From Carpediemonas membranifera BICM (taxonomy: Eukaryota > Protista > Fornicata): 64,000 bases of DNA. Both the position numbers and the translations under genes were made by a program. Under the pieces are notes generated by a model that was not told the DNA's origin, ran no database searches, and saw only the letters and a program-made list of their open reading frames with translations. Location: contig JAHDYR010000005.1 in NCBI GenBank assembly GCA_019828565.1, positions 1,091,342 to 1,155,341 of the forward strand. The letters are read 5' to 3'. This document shows positions 22,229 to 33,800 of the stretch, one piece after another (within the stretch, counting starts at the first letter, position 1; each line of letters starts with the position of its first letter).

Positions 22229-23849
22229 GAGATTGATCGCCTGAGCGATCGCGAAGAGCTCCTTGACGCCAATGTGTTCCCCCTTGAGATGAGGGGGGAA
22301 GGCACCCTGTGATGCCGCTCCCTTCTCATGAGAGCAGGCATGTAAGCGCGTACCACGTCGAACATGAACGCCCTAGATAGGCATCCATAAGCGTTCGATA
22401 AGTCGAGGGAGACAACAGTCCCTCCCTCCTCGTAGACCCTGGTCACGCTGTCACTCAGCCTCTCCAGGCCGCACTTCTCCCCCACCCCATACTGATCCTT
22501 GAGGGTCCGGTCGACGTCGACCAGGCGGGCCCTCACAGCCCAGGCGAGAGCCTTCGCCGCAACCCGCCGAAGCGAGTCCCCGATGGCCACTCCTCGGATC
22601 TTCCCGGCCCCCTTGGGGACCGGGACAATGATGCAGTGGCTCAATACCGCGGTGTAGGTCTCGCCGTTCAGGATGTCCTGTACGATCGGCATCAATGCGG
22701 CGATGAGGTCATGTCTGGCCACCTTCGCTGCTATTCTGATATGGAGGAAGGACAAGCCCGACGGCCCTGGGGCCGCCTCGGCCTTTAGAGCGTGTAGTAC
22801 AGTCTTGAGGGTCCTAGCGGACACCTCAACTGACTGCAGTGGCTCTGCGGGGACGTCCTTAAACGGAACATCTGGGCGCAGGCCACTGTAATCCTCCTGC
22901 AGTCTCTTCAGCTCTACATCCACCTCCTGTGGTGACAGGCCCGCATCCTCAGCTACCAGCGCAGTGGCTGCCTTGGACACGAACCCGTGGCGAACCAGTC
23001 GCATCACCTTACGCCACTTGGACGGGCGGCGCTTGGGGCCTTTCGATGCAACCGGCGGTGCGTACAGCGCCTTCGGGTACTCGAGTACCGTCCTCAGGGC
23101 CGCGCGCTTCTCGTCCTCGCTCTCCACGAGGGCCACCCGCTTGAGCTTCTCGATCAGGCCTCTGGCGAATTTCTCGCGTCCCCTCTTGGGGGGAGCGATC
23201 TTGCCAAGGAAGAGAGCCTGTCCCGGTGGTAGGAACACGTCGGGTCGATGGGCTGGGTGAGCGGGAGGGGCAGTCGGGGGGCTTGCGGTGAAGCCCACCG
23301 CGGTGACGTGCGCTGCTGCGCTCGGCTGCGATGACAGCTGGCTACCAGGGGCGTGGACCTCTTCGACAGATGGAAGGAGACTGGCAGGGTCGTTGTTGCC
23401 CATCACGTTTCTCCTGATCTCTCGGAAGAATTCGGCCGCCACCGACGGAGCTGTTTTGGCAGAACGCAGCGGTGTTGCTTTGGGAGTACTGCTAAGAGTA
23501 ACACCCGCCGCGTCTAAGAGCCGCTTGAAGGAATCTACGATGTCCTTCAGTGCTCTCACCGTCAAACGCACAATCTTCTTGTTGTTCACGTCCTTCATCA
23601 GCTCGACGATGGCCGCTTCGGAGCACAGCGTATCAAACACTGTCTCTACATTGCACCAACGTGCGTCAATGAACTCAGCATTGACGAATTTCGCGTAGTC
23701 GGTACGAACAGTCTGCAGCAGAAGCTGTACGTCCCGAGCAAGCGCGTTTTCGCGCCAATCGGACGTTATGGAAACTCTCATCGCCATCTGGCCTCCAGGA
23801 TCAGCCTGGGGCGCAGAAAATGACGACATTTCCATTTCGGGAGGGAGCA

Positions 23850-24239
23850 CAGTTTATTGCCTTTTGGACGAACTGTATTGCGAGCGGCGAGGCGCAGCCG
23901 AGCTTCGCGAGCCTGAGCGCAGCGAAGACGTCACTCTAGTGGTCAGTATGTCGGGTTTGAGGCACTGCTCGCTCCGAAATCTCCCTTTCGACTCTCCACT
24001 CAGTCACAACGAACGCGAACGCGAATAACGCGCAGATCACGCTCAAAGTACAGAAACAACATCAGTATTAGTGGTTGAGGCCATTAGCCTCAGCTTGACG
24101 GTGCGCAGCATCCGCCTGGCGCATGAACGCATGGAACACATGAACTTGCTTTCGCGCCATACGAGTCTCGTACGTCGTCGAGTCACCATCTGGCCTCCAG
24201 GATCAGCCTGGGGCACAGAAAATGACGACATTTCCATTT
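23850..24239 (-). mobile_element. Non-autonomous mini-B element copy 1 (390 bp)
   Basis: B 5' end fused to B ORF end and 3' UTR at GCT microhomology; flanked by 12-mers at 23838 and 24240. Confidence 0.9.
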
Positions 24240-24251
24240 CGGGAGGGAGCA

Positions 24252-27200
24252 AACTTTTATGTAATCAACGACAAACTGTCTAGCGAGCGGCGAGGCGCAG
24301 CCGAGCTTCGCGAGCCTGAGCGCAGCGAAGCAGTTTGAGGCTATGGGGTGCGTCGGGGTCCTCCGTCGCTCCATCCAGTGAGTCGCTGGCGAGTCAACAA
24401 AACCAACAAGAACACTCTGAAGCGCTCTGCACGAGCCGATTGCTACACCAATATCAGAATTGAGTAACAATTAGTGGGAGAGGCCCAAATCCTCTGCTGC
24501 AGCATGTGCTGCGTCGCATTGCTTGATGAACGCTGCATATGTGTGCACTTGCCCTCTCATGCACGCCAAGAAAGCGTTATCAGCCATCTCGCGGACCTGC
24601 TCAGCCTTAAGACCAAGTTCATCGCGCAAATCGTCCGTCCAGCCCCCTTCCGTGCACTCTTCCAACGTCACCGTTGTGAAGCGTCACCGCGGGTATGAGC
24701 TTGACGTCCCAGTTGGAGTACTGGGCGCGCTTGCTCGTCATGGCCTGAGACACGTGGTTGCTGACGACGTTGTCAATGACGATTGCCTTCACGCCAGGTT
24801 TCGTGAGGAGGATGTCCGCCCGCGCCTTCATAGGCTTGGTCCGGTCAATGGTCCACTCACTGGCCTTGTTCAACCACACCTCGGACTGGACTCTCCAGCC
24901 ATAACCCTTCAGGTCTCTCACCAGCCCGTCCTTGATAGCGTTGTGACGCTCGTCGTCCAGGCCTCCACGGAGGCATGGGCAGCACAGGGTGTGAGTAGCG
25001 TTGCACACAACGGACTGGTGGTTCACGGTGCGTGCCCTGCAGAGAGGGCAGACGTCAAATCCGGGCGTGAATGCGGGGAGGCCCAGGTGATTGCGGAAGA
25101 TGGGGGCAACAGCGGCATCGGTTACCGAGCGCCCAAGAGAGGTCGGGTCGACCATCATGAACGACCGAACGACGTTGGGCGAGACGGCGGCACTCACAGA
25201 GAGCTTGGTGGCAATAGATTCCTCAACGAGGCGAACCAAGTTCTTCTGCGTGTGGTCGGCGTCAAGAGCCTTCACATCGTCCAAGCCACTAGGCCAGTTC
25301 GACGGCGTGTTGAGCTGGGGCGGGAGACACTTGATGGCACCCGTCACGCTGTCAGGTGAGCGTGTAACACCCAGCCCTGCCAGTTGTCTCGTGGCCGCGA
25401 GGAACGCGGGAGCCCACACGACTGATGGCATTGCCAGCGCAAGCCCGCGTCTTTCGACCGGCATACTCAGGCGGAGAGCAAAGTCGTCATCGACCTCAGC
25501 CTCGCTCGACAGGATTCGGAGGATGGCCGGGACCGCCTCTTTCTTCTCAAATCCGAGCTCAGCCTCGTAGAGACCGTTGCCGACTCCACCCGTTGCGGGG
25601 GGAACGTTACGGAAGAAGTGCTCCCACTTTGTGAGCGCACAATACTTCGCAATGATCAACGCAGGGGCAGTTGCCTCCGGCCCCTCCTTGGCCACCATCT
25701 CTCCGGCAGCGTTAAGGAGTTGCATCACGCGACTGTTGACCTTGGCCAACTCACCCATCGCATGAGCAGCGGACCCAACCGGAACGCCCACGAGAAACAT
25801 GAACGCCCTAGATAGGCATCCATAAGCGTTCGATAAGTCGAGGGAGACAACAGTCCTCCCTCCTCGTAGACCCTGGTCACGCTGTCACTCAGCCTCTCCA
25901 GGCCGCACTTCTCCCCCACCCCATACTGATCCTTGAGGGTCCGGTCGACGTCGACCAGGCGGGCCCTCACAGCCCAGGCGAGAGCCTTCGCCGCAACCCG
26001 CCGAAGCGAGTCCCCGATGGCCACTCCTCGGATCTTCCCAGCCCCCTTGGGGACCGGGACAATGATGCAGTGGCTCAATACCGCGGTGTAGGTCTCGCCG
26101 TTCAGGATGTCCTGTACGATCGGCATCAATGCGGCGATGAGGTCATGTCTGGCCACCTTCGCTGCTATTCTGATATGGAGGAAGGACAAGCCCGACGGCC
26201 CTGGGGCCGCCTCGGCCTTTAGAGCGTGTAGTACAGTCTTGAGGGTCCTAGCGGACACCTCAACTGACTGCAGTGGCTCTGCGGGGACGTCCTTAAACGG
26301 AACATCTGGGCGCAGGCCACTGTAATCCTCCTGCAGTCTCTTCAGCTCTACATCCACCTCCTGTGGTGACAGGCCCGCATCCTCAGCTACCAGCGCAGTG
26401 GCTGCCTTGGACACGAACCCGTGGCGAACCAGTCGCATCACCTTACGCCACTTGGACGGGCGGCGCTTGGGGCCTTTCGATGCAACCGGCGGTGCGTACA
26501 GCGCCTTCGGGTACTCGAGTACCGTCCTCAGGGCCGCGCGCTTCTCGTCCTCGCTCTCCACGAGGGCCACCCGCTTGAGCTTCTCGATCAGGCCTCTGGC
26601 GAATTTCTCGCGTCCCCTCTTGGGGGAGCGATCTTGCCAAGGAAGAGAGCCTGTCCCGGTGGTAGGAACACGTCGGGTCGATGGGCTGGGTGAGCGGGAG
26701 GGGCAGTCGGGGGGCTTGCGGTGAAGCCCACCGCGGTGACGTGCGCTGCTGCGCTCGGCTGCGATGACAGCTGGCTACCAGGGGCGTGGACCTCTTCGAC
26801 AGATGGAAGGAGACTGGCAGGGTCGTTGTTGCCCATCACGTTTCTCCTGATCTCTCGGAAGAATTCGGCCGCCACCGACGGAGCTGTTTTGGCAGAACGC
26901 AGCGGTGTTGCTTTGGGAGTACTGCTAAGAGTAACACCCGCCGCGTCTAAGAGCCGCTTGAAGGAATCTACGATGTCCTTCAGTGCTCTCACCGTCAAAC
27001 GCACAATCTTCTTGTTGTTCACGTCCTTCATCAGCTCGACGATGGCCGCTTCGGAGCACAGCGTATCAAACACTGTCTCTACATTGCACCAACGTGCGTC
27101 AATGAACTCAGCATTGACGAATTTCGCGTAGTCGGTACGAACAGTCTGCAGCAGAAGCTGTACGTCCCGAGCAAGCGCGTTTTCGCGCCAATCGGACGTT

Positions 27201-27270
27201 ATGGAAACTCTCATCGCCATCTGGCCTCCAGGATCAGCCTGGGGCGCAGAAAATGACGACATTTCCATTT
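24252..27270 (-). mobile_element. CRE-like family A copy 2 (~415-bp deletion at ~25794 removes RT QGDP/YQDD core)
   Basis: Comparison with copy 37882-41316. Confidence 0.92.
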
Positions 27271-29332
27271 CGGGAGGGAGCACAGTTTATTGCCTTTTGG
27301 ACGAACTGTATTGCGAGCGGCGAGGCGCAGCCGAGCTTCGCGAGCCTGAGCGCAGCGAAGACGTCACTCTAGTGGTCAGTATGTCGGGTTTGAGGCACTG
27401 CTCGCTCCGAAATCTCCCTTTCGACTCTCCACTCAGTCACAACGAACGCGAACGCGAATAACGCGCAGATCACGCTCAAAGTACAGAAACAACATCAGTA
27501 TTAGTGGTTGAGGCCATTAGCCTCAGCTTGACGGTGCGCAGCATCCGCCTGGCGCATGAACGCATGGAACACATGAACTTGCTGCCGCATACAGGCCATC
27601 ATGACCGCGTCGGCAATCTGCCCAACAGTTTCGGCATCAAGGCCCAAAACGTCGCGCATCTCATCGGTCCATCCTCTCCCATGCACAGCACCAACACCAC
27701 CACTCTGGCGAACGACCACGGGAATAACCCGGACGTTCCAGTTGGCGTACTGCTCCTTCTTGCTCCGCATAGATGCAGACGCGTGATTGCTCACCACTAC
27801 GTCAAGCACAACGGGTTCGGTATGGCCCGGTCTGGTCAAGAGGAGGTCCGCCCGCGCCTTGACCCGTTTGGTCCGGTCCACAGTCCACTCGCTGCCCCGT
27901 CCGAGCCAATGCTCAACTCTTACGCGCCAGGGGTGCCCGCGCAGCAGTTTGGCGAGCGTGTCGCGAATTTGGTCGTGCCGCTCCGATCCCAGCCCCTCCC
28001 TCAGGAAGGGACAGGTAAGAGAATGCTCGGCTGAGCAGGGGACAGACCGGTGGTTAACACTACGGGCCAGGCATAGCGGACAGACGTCGTGGCCTGTCTC
28101 AAAGGCAGGAAGGCCGACATGGTTGCGAAGCATCGGTGCAGCACCCTCGTCACAGGGGTTACGACCCATAGCGGCTGGATCAGCCGCGAGTAGAGACCTG
28201 ATCACGTTTGGCGAGTCGACTGAAACAGTCAGTTGGCTGGAAATGTTATCCTGCAGGAGGCGTACCAACTTCTTCTGCGTGCTCTCGAGTGAGAGCTTTC
28301 TGACATCGCCATATGATGTCGGCCAATCCTTGGGCGTCGCGGCGAGAGCCGGGATGCATGGCAGTGCGTCTTGGATGAGAGCCTCGGGCCTTTCGACCTT
28401 CAGCTCTATGAGTTGTCGTGCGGCACCCAGATAGGCTGGGGCCCACACAACAGAGGGCATGGCCAATCCGAGCCCGCCTTGACTGACCGGCAGACAGAGC
28501 CTTGCGGCGAAGTCCTTATCAGTCTCTGCGCTGGACTGGAGCAGCTTCAGGATGGCGGGGACCACCTTCTGCTGTTCGAAGTCCAGTTGCGACTCGAACA
28601 TGTCACCCCCGCCCGGCGAAACATTGCGGAAGAAGTGCTCCCACTTGGTGAGGGCACACAGTTTCGTCACTAGGAGGGCAGGGGCGACGGCTTCCGCGCC
28701 AATGTCAGAGACCATCGATGCAGCAGCGTCAAGCAGCTCCATAACCTTGCGGTTAGCAGAGCCTAGCTCCCGCATGATGTGCGTGGCGGAGCCGATTGGA
28801 ACACCAACCAGCTTGGTATCGCGTCTCCGTGGGACGCCACCAGTTGTGTTGCCGTCAACGACATCCTTATGGGCTAGCACGCACTTGGCACGGTTGAGGC
28901 GGAGGCCAACCTCGTTGAACTTCTGAGCGGCGAGTTCTGTGAGATTGTTGGCCTCACGGCCGACCCCAGGCGACTGTAGCGGGCGGGTAGTGGTGGCTAC
29001 AATGTCATCCTGGTAGGCACGGATGCACCACCCAGGGAAAGCCTCGCGCAAGACGTCCAGAATGGGCTTAACGCCTAAGCTGAAAAGAATTGGCGAGAGC
29101 GGGTCCCCTTGGTGAATGCCTTCAGCCGACCTCATGGTGATGCCGGAGGTAGAGAAAAGTAAGCCCCGTCGGTACATGGTCGACAGGTATGGGATGAGCG
29201 CCGGCATGTAGGCCGCCACCACCTTCATGGCGAAGGCCCTCGACAAGCATCCATAGGCGTTGGAAAGGTCGAGCACTGTACCGCCACTTCGGTAGACTGC
29301 ACTCACCTCCTCTCCCATTTTTTTTCCGCACC

Positions 29333-30833
29333 ATGGGCAAAAGTAGTTCTGGCTACAGAGGCCCAATCTTAGTGAAAGACACTGGTCCGCAACCACAAAG
29401 TACCACTGCTGCTCAAAGCAGTATCGCCGACCAACGCTTCCTGACGAGGAAGCACCTCAAATATGTTTCATCCGCCCCTCCTGTCCTCAAAAGACAACTA
29501 CTAGCAGGCATTGCCTTTATTGGGGACCCCGTAATCATCCATCCCTTCAAAACTGAGCTTGCAACACACTCATCGACGGGCAATTTCGTCTCGGTGGCAA
29601 TCCCAAACCTAAAACGGGACAACGCCCGCTATAAGCGGGCTAAGGATGCCTGTAATGACCTACTCCAAGATGCTGAGCACCTTGCAGCTGCATTTGGGCT
29701 CTCCATCCGGGAAGGTATCCTCAAACTCTTTCCCCTCATTGCCTATGATCTTGTCCACACGGTTGGAACGCTTAAGGCTGCCCTAATCCACTGCAGGTTC
29801 ACGGGACTCCCCCCAGCTAGCAGCATGGACTGGAGCAAGTTCGCAGATTTCATCTCCGCCAGATGCCCTACAGTGTTAGACCAACGGAACGATCCTTGGC
29901 CTCCAACCATATCCACTGTCCCGAACTCTCCGAGCCTGACATGGCAGGCAGTCGGTCAAAGAGAGCCTCTTGGTCCCCGCATCGCTCACTCCGGCCGGCC
30001 CGGCCCCATTGTATCTCCGGATGGTCTCAACCTCACGCCGTTCATGGGCCTCGAGGTAATCCACTTACTGTATGGCGCCTCTCCCGTGTTGGGAGGACAT
30101 GCGATGACTGAGCTTTATGCCGAATGGGGTGGAGCCACAGCGGCCGACCTTCAGTCTTCCTTATCGAATACCTTATCAGACAGCCTTATCTCTCCCATTC
30201 GCCGGAAGGCCTATCCAGTCGATGACTCTACTATATCCATAAGTTCCTGTTCAAACTCTGATGTTGAGCTCGCAAGCCCGATCCCTGTTAGCGTGGAAGA
30301 GGTTGCGCGGCAGATTCGGAAAGAAATATCGTCTTGCGAAGAGAACAGCATTTATCCATCATCCCCGATCGTAGCTGAGGAGCCTAACGCCCGTTGGGGC
30401 CCTCTCATGAGCATCCCAGTTCACGCCGACGGCAACTGTGGCCTTCACTCACTTGCTGTCTCTCTGGGTATGACGGGCCTGACGAGACGAGAAGCCGTGT
30501 CGAAACTTGCCTCCGCCATCCAGAATGGTACAGTGGATCTTAACTCCTCGTGGAGATCCACGGTGCGCACTTTAACCACACACACCACCGCTAGCGACAT
30601 TGGTAGTGCCTTCCTATCCACCACAGACCTCCGCAATATTGCATCGCTCTTTGGAAAAAAATGTGCTTATTGCTCATCGATATGATGCCAACACAGTCTC
30701 AGTAACCATCCCAGCATTATCCGAGTTCTCTACACTTCCTCTCAATATTGACGCGCTCAAAACGATGCTCAAAACCGATTACATCCTCATTAGACTGAGT
30801 GCTCTGCACTTCACGCCTCTTTTCCGTCTGTGA
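29333..30833 (+). CDS. LINE ORF1 with C-terminal OTU-like cysteine protease domain (frameshift in A-run near 30660)
   Basis: PVHADGNCGLHSL, with LSALHFTPL in the shifted frame. Confidence 0.7.
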
Positions 30834-33800
30834 GGAGCGCAGAAGCAAGGCGCCTGCAATATGCTGAATATCGTCCAAGAAGAGCCCCCTCTAGTGTGGC
30901 TCGCAACAACATCGCCGCTGAAGGCCTCGATAGCGCCCCCTCTAGTGTGGCCCGCAACAACATCGCCGCTGAAGGCCTCGATAGCGCCCCCTCTAGTGTG
31001 GCCCGCAACAACATCGCCGCTGGAGGCCTCGATAGCGCCCCCTCTAGTGTGGCCCGCAACAACATCGCCGCTGGAGGCCTCGATAGCGCCCCCTCTAGTG
31101 TGGCCCGCAACAACATCGCCGCTGAAGGCCTCGATAGCGCCCCCTCTAGTGTGGCCCGCAACAACATCGCCGCTGAAGGCCTCGATAGCGCCCCCTCTAG
31201 TGTGGCCCGCAACAACCGTGATGGCGTCCATGGCGCTCTCATAGGCTTGTCTGGCAAGAGAGAGGGTCCTGTTTCTCATATCCTAGTGGTCGACTTTGAA
31301 GGACTAGGAACTGCCGTAGACCGCAGAGCCACCAAACAGAGTCGCGTCTCATATCCCGTAGAGGCCGGCGCCACACTCCTAGCCCGCGTCAAGGATCCTG
31401 AAACGGGGATAATGATGTGGGACGTCGCAGGGGTCCACTGGGGCGGCTTAGAAGTTGATATCCCAGCGCAGTTAATGCAGACAGCTTTATACCAAGCGGC
31501 AGTTGTTCATGGGTGTCCTCCCATGAGCTTCAGAGTACACCCCGACCACCCCGGGATCTCATTCCCCAGCCCGACCGACTGGCTTCACCACCTCACGGTC
31601 ATAGTGAGCTCCCTCCCGAACTGCATCATGGTCGCCAAAGACCCGAGACTTGAGAACTCCGTCCTAGAGTCATGGGTCTCGGAAAGCGATGCCCCCTTCC
31701 TTGACAAGGTCTATGACATAAGTGATCTAGAGTCCATAGACAAAAGATCCTTTGGGCATATCCATGACTACTGCCGTTCACCCGAGTTCTCTGAGGCGAT
31801 GTCGATAGCCCAATGTCTCACAATGGTGAAGTGCCCCTGCCCGTACCACATTGGAACAGATCCAGGCTACCATTGTGCTCTCAGTGACACTGTAGCTTTC
31901 GCGGCGGTACTGCACACAGTCTCATGTCTCGACCGAACATCTAGGGGAGCTATCACATCCACGTACTCTGAAATCACTGATGCATGGAGGAAAGACTTGG
32001 ATGTCCTCATCGGCAACTGGTCCTCTCTCCTGCCCGACCTGGCCGTGCTACTACTCCAAGACCTCCACCTGCCAACGCTTGAGGAGCTGCACCACATCCT
32101 CAAGGAGTACGTAATAGCACCTAAGGGTGGCTGCTCCTTCCCCACAGGTGATAGGGCCAGACAGGCTATGACGTGCCGTCAATTTATTGCAGTGCGGAGC
32201 CCAGCTCGGCGAGGGTGGGAATGGTTTGATCCTCTTGCCAAGATGATAGCGGTGGCGGATGCGGCAGGCATAGTCCCTCCAAACAGCCTAGAACAGCCAT
32301 TCATCAGGATAGCGACGGTGAATAACGACAGCTCCTTCAGCAATCAGTTGACGGCTCAGCAAGTTTACTGGGAGTGCCCTCCTCACCGAGACCTACCGCA
32401 ATCTGCTGCAGAGCTTCTGGCTCTCAACGTTCCTCCCTCGGCAGACAACTCCAAAGGAGTAGTCAAGAGGTCCTACAGAGCGCCGGATCATTGGTTTCTA
32501 GTCCCGAGAATCCCCAACAAGCCAGTGCGAGGGCTCCGCAAAGTCAGACTGAGAGGGCCCATGACTCGAGGAGACATGGATGCCCTCATACAGAAGGCAG
32601 AAACAGCATGGGTCAGCGAAGCGTGGGACCTTTCTCCGGTGTTCAAAGCTCTCCAGAGTGCCCGAGCTCACGACGGTAACTGGAGTAAGGTTGAGCCACC
32701 GGCTTCTTCCACGCCAGCTCCAAGCTTAGCCACGCGAGTCTCGCCTGCGACCTTCAGGAATCAGAGAGGGCGAAGTCAAGCAGGTAGACGACCAGTAAAT
32801 GGTCACCTCTACTCGTGGAATTGCACATCACTCAACATCACCAAGATGACTCTTGCTCTAGTACAAGACGTGGACATCATGGCCATTCAGGAGCTATGGT
32901 GGTGGGCCCAGTCCCCGGAGCTGCCCACAACGAATGACAAGGTCCTGCTATACCACGGAGTGATCAAGTCAGAGTCCGAGACAAAGCATCTAGGCGTAGG
33001 CATCATGCTGAGGAAGGAATTAGCTGAGCTCTGCACATACGTCGAGAACCAACCCCACTCTCCAAGGTTGATTCAAGCTGACCTAGGCTGCGTGTTTGTA
33101 ACAGCTGGCAAACTGAAGGTCCGTGTCATGTCCATCTATAGTCCATGCACGGGAGCACAAGCCAAGAAAGAGTTCCACACTCTACTGTCCTCCGAGGTGA
33201 AGAAAGCTATTGAGCAAGGGCTCCAAGTTCTTGTCATGGGAGACTTCAACACGAACCTACTAGATCCATCGACGCTGTGGGCTACCACCCTAAAGGAGTG
33301 TGGCTTGAGACTGGTAGTGCCCGACGGCCCGACCTTCATGGACAGAGTAATTGATGGCATCGCAGCAACACCTAAGCTGGCTGATCTCATCAAGAAGCCG
33401 CTCACAGTATCCCTTGAACCCAAAGGACACAGAGCGGTTGTAGCAAGATCAGGCATAACGGGTTACTTTCGCACGAGGAGCAAGGCAACAGCAGTCCTCA
33501 ACGAAAGACATGTGGCTAACGTACTTGAATGCAGCAAGGATCATCGAAAGGCGAGGACTCTCCTGAGGAACATCAGCCACCTTGATGTCGACCAAGCCTT
33601 TCAAAGCCTGACGTCGACTATCAACCGATGGGCGTTGGTGGACACTGCGGCCTCACATGAAGTGAGAGAAGTCGAGAGAGCAGAAGACTACGACCACTGG
33701 TTTGTCGCCGGAGAGCAGATCGGTATTTCCCCTGAACGGCTCTATGAGCTCATCATTGAGGATCATCGCCACCAACATCAGCTCAAGGAGAGGACGAGCA

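Larger units (their letters stand above)
16450..22327 (-). mobile_element. YR (PAT-like) retrotransposon 4, one full unit plus a partial tandem copy
   Basis: B 46 bp at 16450-16495, 16752-16797, 20431-20476; A 158 bp at 16594-16751 and 20273-20430; 16594-18647 duplicated at 20273-22327. Confidence 0.92.
16416..23837 (-). mobile_element. CRE-like family A copy 1 (3' end 16416-16452, 5' part 22328-23837; interrupted by YR element 4, middle deleted)
   Basis: Both pieces match other A copies; flanked by the 12-mer at 16404-16415 and 23838-23849. Confidence 0.85.

Noticed and set aside
7466-22327. Ngaro or DIRS1-type classification of the YR elements
   Set aside because: No inverted terminal repeats (not DIRS1-type); a methyltransferase-like domain after RNase H favours PAT-like over Ngaro. 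Phylogeny is needed.
23784-23837. Hammerhead or HDV ribozyme in the leader
   Set aside because: CUGAU and GAAA are present but not in hammerhead topology, and I could not build an HDV pseudoknot by eye.
30884-31216. CRISPR-like array
   Set aside because: No unique spacers; in-frame 51-bp coding minisatellite in a eukaryotic LINE.
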